From Chitinophagaceae bacterium (GTDB lineage Bacteria; Bacteroidota; Bacteroidia; Chitinophagales; Chitinophagaceae), in assembly GCA_020848815.1 (NCBI GenBank), contig JADLHL010000249.1, forward strand, positions 1-62,963: a stretch of DNA of 62,963 nucleotides, read 5' to 3'. A program made the position numbers and the translations under genes. This document shows positions 1 through 8,349 of the stretch, one piece after another (position 1 is the stretch's first letter; every line of letters starts with the position of its first letter). The notes under the pieces were generated by a model that was not told the DNA's origin, did not search any database, and saw only the letters and a list, made by a program, of their open reading frames with translations.

Positions 1-1
1 A

Positions 2-358
2 TTCAAACTCGCTGGCCTCAAGGCTTTCAAAGATGCATTCGGCCAGGCCGATCCGCAAATACTGGAACCCATTTACAATGTGGAAGTGCTTTGTCCTTCG
101 GACCTTACCGGTGCGGTAATGGGCGATCTGCAAACACGACGTGCTTTTGTAGAAGGCATCGATACCGAAGGGCATTTTCAGAAAATTGTAGCCAAGGTAC
201 CGCTGGCAGAAATGGCGGATTACTCATCTTCACTGCGCAGCATTACGCAGGGCCGTGCTAAGTTCAGACTGCATTTTCATGAGTATGCAGCAGTGCCATA
301 CGACCTGCAAAAGAAACTAAACGAAGACTATGTAAAAACTGCGAAAGAAGAAGATTAA
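2..358 (+). CDS. Elongation factor G paralog (EF-G2-like), C-terminal part; 5' end outside window
   Basis: Frame is open from base 2 (FKLAGLKAFKDAF..ILEPIYNVEV..GAVMGDL..KVPLAEM..LRSITQGRA), which reads as EF-G domains IV-V. It is clearly divergent from the canonical fusA at 53081-55231. Confidence 0.9.
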   Translation, partial: FKLAGLKAFKDAFGQADPQILEPIYNVEVLCPSDLTGAVMGDLQTRRAFVEGIDTEGHFQKIVAKVPLAEMADYSSSLRSITQGRAKFRLHFHEYAAVPYDLQKKLNEDYVKTAKEED

Positions 359-382
359 AACTATCGGTTATAAAGATTTACT

Positions 383-412
383 GGCCGGTGCACATTTGCG
401 CCGGCCTTTTTT
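383..412 (+). terminator. Intrinsic terminator
   Basis: GGCCGGTGCA..TGCGCCGGCC hairpin followed by T6, just after the EF-G paralog stop. Confidence 0.85.
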
Positions 413-440
413 ATCAGGTTTTGATAACACGTCAGCCGCC

Positions 441-448
441 TACATTTG
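441..448 (+). promoter_or_regulatory. Bacteroidota -7 promoter element
   Basis: TACATTTG matches TAnnTTTG and ends 4 nt before the ATG at 453. Confidence 0.65.
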
Positions 449-452
449 TGGC

Positions 453-950
453 ATGAGCGTTCAGAAAACTATTTTTTCTTTTTTGCTACTTCTCGTTGTT
501 CAGGTTGGATGGTCACAGGCCATTCAGTTCGATAAGTTGCGCATACCTGTTGTACCTGCAGGATGGAGCAATCAAACAACTACGCAAGGGCTGGTGTACG
601 ACAATTATAATGTGAGAGGAAGCAACCGTTTTGTGGTAACTATCTTAAAAGGACAACCCTTTACCGGCAAGCAAGATGCTGCCTTTGCATACAGCTGGAA
701 AAAATGGATGCAGACAAGCGACACAGCCATGGTACCAAAATTCAGAAAGTCGTACAACGCAGCATCAGCACCCATGGCTACGGGAGGCATAGAAACAACC
801 GGTGAATTTGGAAAAGGATTTTACCAACTCAGCATTTACCAGTGCAATGGTTATTTGCAAGCCATTGGCGTTTATACAATCTCCCAGAAAATTTACCGGG
901 CCGAATTTTACGATTGGAACACCTACCTGATGGATGTGCAATGTTTATAG
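453..950 (+). CDS. Hypothetical secreted protein
   Basis: ATG at 453 is followed by a signal-peptide-like MSVQKTIFSFLLLLVVQVGWSQ. The upstream ORF extension overlaps a terminator. Confidence 0.7.
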   Translation: MSVQKTIFSFLLLLVVQVGWSQAIQFDKLRIPVVPAGWSNQTTTQGLVYDNYNVRGSNRFVVTILKGQPFTGKQDAAFAYSWKKWMQTSDTAMVPKFRKSYNAASAPMATGGIETTGEFGKGFYQLSIYQCNGYLQAIGVYTISQKIYRAEFYDWNTYLMDVQCL

Positions 951-1026
951 ATCATAAGCATTTTGTCCGTCTGTCTTATTCACGTATTTTGTAATGTCTA
1001 CTTTTTAAATCAATAAAAACATTGCT

Positions 1027-2676
1027 ATGCCTGTAAGCTCTCCTGTACAGCAATTATTACATTGGGCCGCTACCAACCCCAACGACTGCTTTTTGCGCCA
1101 ACCCATCAATGGGCAATGGCAAAACATCAGCTATGCCACAGCAGCAGACCATTGCAAACGTATGGCACAAGCCTTGCGCAGCATGGGCATACAACCCGGC
1201 GATAAAGTAGCACTGCTGAGTAAAAACTGTGCAGAATGGATTATGGCCGACATTGCCATGATGATGGCCGGCGTAGTGAGTGTACCTATTTATCCAACAC
1301 TAACTGCGGGCAGCATTGAGAGCATTTTGGTACATAGCGAATCGAAAGCCATCATTGCCGGCAAGCTTGATCAATTTGAAAAACAACGTTCAGGTATTCC
1401 TGCAAATGTTCGCATCATTGGCAACAACAGCTACAACAGCAAAGGCGATGTGCAATGGGAAGATTTGATCGTATCACATACACCTATTGATGAAGTATTT
1501 GCCTGGAACCCAGCTGATACAATCACCATTATTTATACCTCTGGCACAACAGGTGCACCAAAAGGTGTAATGCACTCATTGAATGCCATCGATACAGTTA
1601 TTCATCGTGCTACTGCAGATATACCATTGCCTCCCCGTCCAAAACTTTTTTCTTACCTGCCACTCAGTCATATTGCAGAACGCATGGGCATTGAGTTCAA
1701 CGCACTGTACAATGGTGGCTGTGTTTCATTTGCAGAATCGCTGGATACATTTGCAGAAAACCTGGCCGATACACAACCCGATGTGTTTTTTGCAGTACCC
1801 CGCATCTGGATCAAATTCCGCGAAAAGATTTTGCAAAAACTACCACAGAAAAAGCTCAATCTGTTGCTGTCAATTCCTTTTGTCAACAGCTTGATTCGCA
1901 AAAAAATAAAGACCAGTTTGGGCTTATCCACCGCAAAGTTTATTGTAAGCGCTGCTGCGCCACTAGCCAAAGAAGTACAAGAATGGTACAGCACTTTAGG
2001 CATTGATATTTGCCAGGCCTATGGCATGACGGAAGACTGTGTGTATGCGCATTTCAACCGCCCTGGCCGAAACAAATTTGGCACCGTAGGCTTACCGTTG
2101 CAAGGTTTGAAAGTGAAGTTCTCAGAAGAGAAGGAAATAAGGGTAAAAAGCGAAGGCAATATGCAGGGCTATTACAAAGAGCCCGCCATGACAGCCGACA
2201 TGTTTGATGAAGAAGGCTACCTGAAAACCGGCGACATTGGCGAACTCGATGCTGATGGTTACCTCATGATTACTGGCAGGGTTAAAGATCAGTTTAAAAC
2301 GGATAAAGGCAAATACATTGCGCCTGCTCCTATTGAAACGAGCATGCTCACCAATCATCATTTGGAACAGGTATGCGTGGTAGGTACAGGTATACCCCAG
2401 CCCATTGCGCTGGTTACCTTGTCCGACTCTGGCAAAATGCAACAGCAAGATGCGCTGTATGCACAACTGGAAGCCGACATTCAATTACTCAACAAAACGC
2501 TGGAAAAACACGAACGCATTGAGAAAATAGTAATACTCGCCAATAGCTGGACGGTTGAAAATGGTTTGTTGACGCCTTCTCTCAAAGTGAAGCGCAATGA
2601 GCTGGAAAAAATTTACCTGCCCCACTACCCCATGTGGTACAGCAAGCCCACTACCATAGTACGAGACAACGGATAA
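1027..2676 (+). CDS. Long-chain acyl-CoA synthetase (AMP-binding)
   Basis: YTSGTTGAPKG, YGMTE, TGDIG and TGRVKD motifs. Confidence 0.92.
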   Translation: MPVSSPVQQLLHWAATNPNDCFLRQPINGQWQNISYATAADHCKRMAQALRSMGIQPGDKVALLSKNCAEWIMADIAMMMAGVVSVPIYPTLTAGSIESILVHSESKAIIAGKLDQFEKQRSGIPANVRIIGNNSYNSKGDVQWEDLIVSHTPIDEVFAWNPADTITIIYTSGTTGAPKGVMHSLNAIDTVIHRATADIPLPPRPKLFSYLPLSHIAERMGIEFNALYNGGCVSFAESLDTFAENLADTQPDVFFAVPRIWIKFREKILQKLPQKKLNLLLSIPFVNSLIRKKIKTSLGLSTAKFIVSAAAPLAKEVQEWYSTLGIDICQAYGMTEDCVYAHFNRPGRNKFGTVGLPLQGLKVKFSEEKEIRVKSEGNMQGYYKEPAMTADMFDEEGYLKTGDIGELDADGYLMITGRVKDQFKTDKGKYIAPAPIETSMLTNHHLEQVCVVGTGIPQPIALVTLSDSGKMQQQDALYAQLEADIQLLNKTLEKHERIEKIVILANSWTVENGLLTPSLKVKRNELEKIYLPHYPMWYSKPTTIVRDNG

Positions 2677-2775
2677 CCAATCGTTATTAGTACGCTGTTT
2701 TAGAACACTCACCAGCCACGAAAGTGCATTCGCCTAACTGTGCAGCTACAACCTATAGCAGCAGCAATAAGTCTT

Positions 2776-2783
2776 TACCTTTG
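2776..2783 (+). promoter_or_regulatory. -7 promoter element of thiolase gene
   Basis: TACCTTTG lies 22 nt upstream of the ATG at 2806. Confidence 0.6.
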
Positions 2784-2805
2784 CTGCCTAAATTGTTTGT
2801 TTGCC

Positions 2806-3990
2806 ATGAATGAAGTGTACATCATTTCCGCAGTAAGAACGCCCATGGGCAGCTTCGGCGGATCACTGAAAGATTTGTCGGCCACACAGCTCGGTGCCAT
2901 TGCCATCAAAGGTGCATTGGAAAAAGCCGGTGTTGCTCCTGAAGCCGTAAACGACGTATTGATGGGTTGTGTAATACAAGCCAACCTTGGTCAGGCGCCT
3001 GCCCGCCAGGCGGCCAAGTTTGCAGGCTTGCCCAACGAAGTAAATTGTACCACCGTAAATAAAGTATGTGCCAGTGGCATGAAAGCCATTGCACAAGCAG
3101 CACAAAGCATTCTGCTGGGCGATGCCGATATTGTAGTGGCAGGTGGTATGGAAAGCATGAGCAATGTGCCTTACTATGCGCCCAACATGCGCTGGGGCAA
3201 TAAGTACGGCAATGTGCAATTACTCGATGGTTTGGCCAAAGACGGCCTGACGGATGTGTACGATGGACAAGCTATGGGCATTGCTGCTGAACTCTGTGCC
3301 AGCACCTGTGGCATTAGCCGCGAAGATCAGGACGCTTTTGCCATTGAAAGCTACAAACGCAGCCAGGCTGCCTGGGAAGCCGACAAGTTTGCCAATGAGA
3401 TTGTACCAGTACAAATTCCGCAGCGTAAAGGCGAGCCCGTTATCATTGCCAAAGACGAAGAACCGTTCAATGTGAAGTTTGATAAAATCCCTTCACTCAA
3501 TCCCGCCTTTAAAAAAGATGGTACAGTAACAGCAGCCAACGCCAGCACCATGAATGACGGTGCTGCAGCCTTGGTACTCATGAGCAAGAGCAAAGCCGAA
3601 GCCCTTGGCCTGAAGCCCATTGCCAAAGTGATTGGGTACGCCGATGCCGAACAAGCTCCCGAATGGTTTACCACATCGCCTGCTCTGGCTGTACCAAAAG
3701 CTGTTGCCAAAGCAGGACTGACCATGCAAGACATCAGCTACTGGGAACTGAACGAAGCCTTTAGCGTAGTGGGTATTGAAAACAGCAAACGCATGCAGCT
3801 CGACCCTGCCAAAGTAAATGTGCATGGTGGTGCTGTTTCATTGGGTCACCCGCTGGGTTGTAGTGGTGCCCGCATTATTGTAACGCTCATTAATGTGCTG
3901 CAGCAAAACGGTGCCCGCTATGGAGCAGCCGGCATTTGCAACGGCGGCGGTGGTGCCAGCGCCATGGTGATTGAAGCCATGCCGCAGTAA
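2806..3990 (+). CDS. Acetyl-CoA C-acyltransferase (thiolase)
   Basis: NKVCASG, NEAF, GHPLGCSG and CNGGG motifs. Start refined to MNEVYIISAVRTP. Confidence 0.95.
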   Translation: MNEVYIISAVRTPMGSFGGSLKDLSATQLGAIAIKGALEKAGVAPEAVNDVLMGCVIQANLGQAPARQAAKFAGLPNEVNCTTVNKVCASGMKAIAQAAQSILLGDADIVVAGGMESMSNVPYYAPNMRWGNKYGNVQLLDGLAKDGLTDVYDGQAMGIAAELCASTCGISREDQDAFAIESYKRSQAAWEADKFANEIVPVQIPQRKGEPVIIAKDEEPFNVKFDKIPSLNPAFKKDGTVTAANASTMNDGAAALVLMSKSKAEALGLKPIAKVIGYADAEQAPEWFTTSPALAVPKAVAKAGLTMQDISYWELNEAFSVVGIENSKRMQLDPAKVNVHGGAVSLGHPLGCSGARIIVTLINVLQQNGARYGAAGICNGGGGASAMVIEAMPQ

Positions 3991-4013
3991 TTTGTCTGCA
4001 AAATTTCTTTATT

Positions 4014-4054
4014 AAAAAAGCAACGCTTCTCTATTGGTGAAGCGTTGCTTTTTT
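4014..4054. terminator. Bidirectional intrinsic terminator
   Basis: A6-GCAACGCTTC..GAAGCGTTGC-T6 between the convergent thiolase and MATE genes. Confidence 0.9.
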
Positions 4055-4105
4055 ATTTCTGTTGGATGAATCAATGTTGGTCAGGCAACTCACATTGGCA
4101 AGTGA

Positions 4106-5518
4106 TCAAATCTTGACTGCTTTCCACTTGCCTTTGGTAAACAACCACATGGCTACAACAGCGATAAGTGACTCTGCAGATACAATGGCTACAAAGACAC
4201 CGGTTGGTCCCATCTTCCAAGAAATACTAAGTACATACGCCAATGGAATTTGAATGCCCCAAAAGAAAATGAGGTTGATAATGGTGGGTGTTTTTGTATC
4301 GCCGGCGCCGTTAAACGCATTCATCATGACCATACTGATGCCATAGAGCACATAGCCCAGACTCACAATCCGCAAGGCTTCTACCGCAACAGGCCGAATG
4401 GCTACATCATCGTTGAGCAACTGCACCAGCCATTCACCCATAAAGAAAAAAAGGAAGGTAACACCAAGCATAAACAACGCATTGTATTTGGCCGTAAGCC
4501 ATACACTCTTGGCAGCACGTTCGGCATTGCCGGCACCCAAATTTTGACCCACCAACGTAGCGGCGGCATTGCTAAGTCCCCAGGCAGGCAAAATGAAAAA
4601 CACAATCAACCGAATGGCTACGCCATAACCAGCCGTTGCATCTTCGCCAAACTGTGCTACGAGCCGGGCCAAAAAAATCCAACTGGCAGAACCAATCAAA
4701 AACTGCAAAGTGCCATTGCCGGCCACTTTTGCCAGCGATGCCACTACAGATTTGTCGGGTAAGAAATCGCTCCACTTCAGGTGTATCACACCATGACTGT
4801 ATTTGAGTTTGTACAACTGATACAGTACCCCCATGGTACGGCCAATAGTGGTAGCCAATGCTGCACCTGTAAGACCAAACGCTGGTACCATACCCCAGCC
4901 CTGAATAAGTAACGGACACAGCATGATGTTACAGATATTGGCCAACCACAAGCTTTTCATGGCAATGGATGCATCGCCTGCACCGCGAAAAATGCCGTTG
5001 ATTAAAAACAGCATCATAATCACCAGATTGCCGCCAAGCATGATGCGCATATACGGTGTACCCATTCGTATCACTTCTGCAGAGCCACCCATCCAGCGCA
5101 GCAATGTGGGTGCCATCGTAACGCCTACAATACTGATGAAGACTGATACCAATAAACCCAACAGCATGGATTGTGCCCCCGCTTTGGCAGCTGCTGCAGC
5201 ATTTTTTTCGCCAATGCGCCGGGCGACCATCGCCGTTGCAGCCATGCTTAAGCCAATGCCCACTGAGTATACAATGGTGATGATAGATTCAGTAAGTACC
5301 ACCGTAGAAATGGCCACCGAGCCGAGCTTCCCGACAAAGAACACATCCACCAGCGCAAACACCGATTCGAGACTCAGCTCCAAAATCATAGGTACGGCCA
5401 ACAGAAAAATGGCTTTGCGAATACTACCGGTGGTAAAGTCCTGTCCTTCGCTGGACAATGACAAACGGATATAATAAAAAATACGATGAAAGAATCGTGT
5501 GATGTTCGTCAACGACAT
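4106..5518 (-). CDS. MATE family efflux transporter
   Basis: About 12 hydrophobic segments with FRGAGD and FNGAGDTKTP motifs in duplicated halves. Confidence 0.92.
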   Translation of the reverse strand: MSLTNITRFFHRIFYYIRLSLSSEGQDFTTGSIRKAIFLLAVPMILELSLESVFALVDVFFVGKLGSVAISTVVLTESIITIVYSVGIGLSMAATAMVARRIGEKNAAAAAKAGAQSMLLGLLVSVFISIVGVTMAPTLLRWMGGSAEVIRMGTPYMRIMLGGNLVIMMLFLINGIFRGAGDASIAMKSLWLANICNIMLCPLLIQGWGMVPAFGLTGAALATTIGRTMGVLYQLYKLKYSHGVIHLKWSDFLPDKSVVASLAKVAGNGTLQFLIGSASWIFLARLVAQFGEDATAGYGVAIRLIVFFILPAWGLSNAAATLVGQNLGAGNAERAAKSVWLTAKYNALFMLGVTFLFFFMGEWLVQLLNDDVAIRPVAVEALRIVSLGYVLYGISMVMMNAFNGAGDTKTPTIINLIFFWGIQIPLAYVLSISWKMGPTGVFVAIVSAESLIAVVAMWLFTKGKWKAVKI

Positions 5519-5525
5519 ATATAAA

Positions 5526-5627
5526 AAAGTAAGGTGATAAAATAGAATGAGGGGAAGACGAAGCAGCGAATGCTTCGGTGTAAACTGCCTTACTTTCCCG
5601 GCGTAAGGCCGGCACTTAAAAAATCAT
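5526..5627 (-). promoter_or_regulatory. Candidate structured leader with 3-codon uORF (MIF) upstream of MATE
   Basis: ATG ATT TTT TAA at 5627-5616. Segment 5587-5596 can pair with either 5603-5609 or 5526-5534. Separate hairpin at 5559-5577. Confidence 0.4.
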
Positions 5628-5707
5628 ATGCGTTGGAAATTGTGCAACGAAGAAAGCAAAAGTTGCTGACCTGTGCAATACAAGTGGATGAACGGTGGAT
5701 AGCCAAT

Positions 5708-5741
5708 AAAAACGGGCACCACCTGCGAAGTACCCGTTTTC
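5708..5741 (-). terminator. his operon terminator
   Basis: AAAACGGGTAC..GTGCCCGTTTTT hairpin just after the hisIE stop. Confidence 0.75.
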
Positions 5742-5761
5742 TATAAACATAACATGGTTGT

Positions 5762-6361
5762 CTATTTGTGTCTGCCCCGCAGCACATTCACCACATCGGC
5801 GAGGCTATAGCCTTTTGCCTGTAGCAAAACAATGTAGTGAAACATCAAATCAGCAGCTTCGCCCAAGAACAATTCCTCGTTGTCATCTTTCGCTTCTATC
5901 ACTAGTTCTACGGCTTCTTCCCCTACCTTTTGCGCCACTTTGTTGATGCCTTTGGCAAACAAACTGGCGGTATATGATTTCTCTGTCGGGTTGTTTTTTC
6001 TGCCGGCAATAACCGACTCGAGGTACCACAAAAAATCAGCCGGATTGTTTTGATTCACTTCATTGAAACAAGTATCAGCACCCGTGTGGCAGGTGGGGCC
6101 AATGGGCTGTGCTCTTACCAGCAGTGTATCATTATCGCAGTCTACAGAAATGCTTTTCAGCAGCAAATAGTTTTCGCTGGTTTCGCCCTTCGTCCACAAG
6201 CGTTGCTTGCTACGGCTGTAAAAAGTAACCTTGCCGGTAGCATGGGTTATATCCACCGCTTCCTGGTTCATAAAGCCCAGCATCAATACCTTATTCGTTA
6301 CTGCATCCTGCACCACTGCAGGCACCAATCCATCTGCGTATTTAGAAAAATCGATTGTCAT
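5762..6361 (-). CDS. hisIE: Bifunctional phosphoribosyl-AMP cyclohydrolase / phosphoribosyl-ATP diphosphatase
   Basis: WTKGETS, DCDND, CHTG and KVGEEAVE motifs. Confidence 0.97.
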   Translation of the reverse strand: MTIDFSKYADGLVPAVVQDAVTNKVLMLGFMNQEAVDITHATGKVTFYSRSKQRLWTKGETSENYLLLKSISVDCDNDTLLVRAQPIGPTCHTGADTCFNEVNQNNPADFLWYLESVIAGRKNNPTEKSYTASLFAKGINKVAQKVGEEAVELVIEAKDDNEELFLGEAADLMFHYIVLLQAKGYSLADVVNVLRGRHK

Positions 6362-6519
6362 TGTTTCTCTTTTTGTTGTTTGAGCATTTCCTGAAATTCC
6401 TGCATGGCTTTGGCCGCTTCGGCACGGTCTTTATCCAACCTCTTTTTTTCAATTTTGTAACTAAAGCGAATGACCATGATGCCCAGCAGCATGGAGCCTA
6501 AGAGAATCAGCCAAATCAT
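6358..6519 (-). CDS. 53-aa single-pass membrane microprotein (below ORF-track cutoff)
   Basis: [57 protein letters not shown] overlaps with both the hisF stop and the hisIE start. Confidence 0.75.
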   Translation of the reverse strand: MIWLILLGSMLLGIMVIRFSYKIEKKRLDKDRAEAAKAMQEFQEMLKQQKEKQ

Positions 6520-7400
6520 AAGCGTACAGGTATTTGTTGCGTGGCAAGATATTGTTTCAATTCGGGAACGGGAATTTCACCGTAGTGAAAGATACTGGCA
6601 GCAAGACCTGCATCGGCTCCAGCTTTTGTAAACACATCTACGAAATGTTGTTTCTGCCCCGCACCACCGCTGGCTATCACCGGAATATCTACGGCTTGCA
6701 CCACGGCTTTGGTAATGGGCAAATCGAAACCCGTTTTGGCACCATCGGTGTTCATGCTGGTGAGCAAAATTTCACCCGCACCTCGGCTGTACACTTCTTT
6801 CACCCAGGGAACTGTTTTTAATTCAGTGGCTTGTCTGCCGCCATGAGTATGTACGTAGTGATGTGCTTCCGCAGGATACTTTGTATAATCCAATGTAGGC
6901 TCGCCAGCCTCGTTGAGCAAGCGGGTATCTACTGCCACTACCACAAATTGCGAACCAAATTCCAACGCAAGTTCATCTACCAATTCGGGACGTTTCACTG
7001 CAGAGGAGTTGATAGACACTTTATCAGCTCCGGCTTCCAGCAATCGGCTGGCATCGGCCACACTACTTATGCCTCCACCAACAGTAAATGGAATATTCAA
7101 ATGCTTCGCAATTTGCAACACCAGCTCCGCGAAGGTTTTACGGCCTTCGTTGGTCGCAGTAATGTCGAGAAATACGAGTTCATCGGCACCATCACGTGCA
7201 TACTGTTGTGCAAGCTCTATGGGATCGCCAGCGTCCCGTATGTTCACAAAGTTGACGCCCTTCACAGTACGCCCATCCTTGATGTCGAGGCAAGGAATGA
7301 TGCGTTTGGTGAGGCCAGAGCCACCAAACGCAGACCCTCTACATCTCCCTAAAGGGAGACTTGATAAAGGTTGCTGTTCCTGACTATTTACATTACTCAT
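6516..7400 (-). CDS. hisF: Imidazole glycerol phosphate synthase cyclase subunit, with repeat-derived N-terminal extension
   Basis: [19 protein letters not shown] and [10 protein letters not shown] motifs. No in-frame ATG/GTG/TTG between 7400 and the conserved core. Confidence 0.96.
   Translation of the reverse strand: MSNVNSQEQQPLSSLPLGRCRGSAFGGSGLTKRIIPCLDIKDGRTVKGVNFVNIRDAGDPIELAQQYARDGADELVFLDITATNEGRKTFAELVLQIAKHLNIPFTVGGGISSVADASRLLEAGADKVSINSSAVKRPELVDELALEFGSQFVVVAVDTRLLNEAGEPTLDYTKYPAEAHHYVHTHGGRQATELKTVPWVKEVYSRGAGEILLTSMNTDGAKTGFDLPITKAVVQAVDIPVIASGGAGQKQHFVDVFTKAGADAGLAASIFHYGEIPVPELKQYLATQQIPVRL
7334..7362. repeat. Palindromic repeat family A, copy 1 (inside hisF 5' end)
   Basis: ACCCTCTACATCTCCCTAAAGGGAGACTT. 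Confidence 0.85.
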
Positions 7401-7462
7401 ACTTGTTGCTTTTCATTTTCAATCAGCAGGCCATTTTTAATCTGGCGAAATAATGCGGAATC

Positions 7463-8260
7463 TTATAAGCCTCCCTTTAGGGAGGTTTGGAGGGTTTCCA
7501 ATTTTATTGTCCCTTCATAAATGGCTTTACCTACAATAGCACCGTGCAATCCTGCTGCTTGTAATTCATGCAAATCTTCCAGCTTGCTGACACCACCACT
7601 GGCTATCAGCGTAATGCCCGGACATTGCTGTAATATTTGCTGATACAACGCTGTTGATGGTCCTTCCATCATGCCATCTTTGGCAATGTCAGTACAGAAA
7701 AACTGTTCCAATCCAACAGATGTCAATGCATTGATAAAGTCGTACACCAACACATCGGTTTGCTCCAACCATCCATGCACGGCAAGCCGTTCATTGTTGA
7801 CATCGGCACCAATGAAAAATTTATCGGCACCAAATTCTGCCACCAAATTGAGAAACAATTCCCTGCGTTTTACAGCGAGGCTACCAATGGTGACCAATGC
7901 AGCACCAGCATTCAACACGGCTTGTACATCTTCTTTTGTTTTAACACCACCGCCAAAATCAATTGAGAGAGAAGTATTCGCTGCCAGCAACTCCAACACT
8001 TTCCAGTTTTGCACGGCACCGGCTTTGGCGCCATCCAAATCCACCAGATGCAATCGCTTAATACCGGCTGCTTCAAACTGCCTGGCTACTTCCAACGGAT
8101 TTTCGTTGTATACTTTTTTCTGCGCATAATCGCCCTGCGATAAGCGAACGCATTTGCCGTCGATTAAATCGATGGCGGGGATGATAAATCCTCCTATATC
8201 CTCCCTAGAGGGAGGACTTTGAGACGGTTGATTATGTTGATTGTTTTTGTAATCCATCAT
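7463..8260 (-). CDS. hisA: ProFAR isomerase, with repeat-derived N- and C-terminal peptides
   Basis: IIPAIDLIDGKCVRL, HLVDLDGA, TDIAKDG and ASGGV motifs. Confidence 0.96.
   Translation of the reverse strand: MMDYKNNQHNQPSQSPPSREDIGGFIIPAIDLIDGKCVRLSQGDYAQKKVYNENPLEVARQFEAAGIKRLHLVDLDGAKAGAVQNWKVLELLAANTSLSIDFGGGVKTKEDVQAVLNAGAALVTIGSLAVKRRELFLNLVAEFGADKFFIGADVNNERLAVHGWLEQTDVLVYDFINALTSVGLEQFFCTDIAKDGMMEGPSTALYQQILQQCPGITLIASGGVSKLEDLHELQAAGLHGAIVGKAIYEGTIKLETLQTSLKGGL
7467..7495. repeat. Repeat family A, copy 2 (hisA 3' end), inverted relative to copy 1
   Basis: AAGCCTCCCTTTAGGGAGGTTTGGAGGGT. Confidence 0.85.
8188..8219. repeat. Repeat family A, copy 3 (inside hisA 5' end)
   Basis: ATCCTCCTATATCCTCCCTAGAGGGAGGACTT. 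Confidence 0.8.
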
Positions 8261-8320
8261 TTCATTTTTTGATTCTTCGCTTTTAAAATATTGAATGCAC
8301 TTTCAATTTTAGCCAGCGAC

Positions 8321-8349
8321 AAGTCTCCCTTTAGGGAGATTTAGAGGGT
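8321..8349. repeat. Repeat family A, copy 4 (supplies hisH stop), inverted relative to copy 3
   Basis: AAGTCTCCCTTTAGGGAGATTTAGAGGGT. Confidence 0.85.

Noticed and set aside
6860-6925. Apparent ~15-aa insertion in HisF ([19 protein letters not shown])
   Set aside because: It appears to fall in a length-variable loop and carries no repeat or intein signature.
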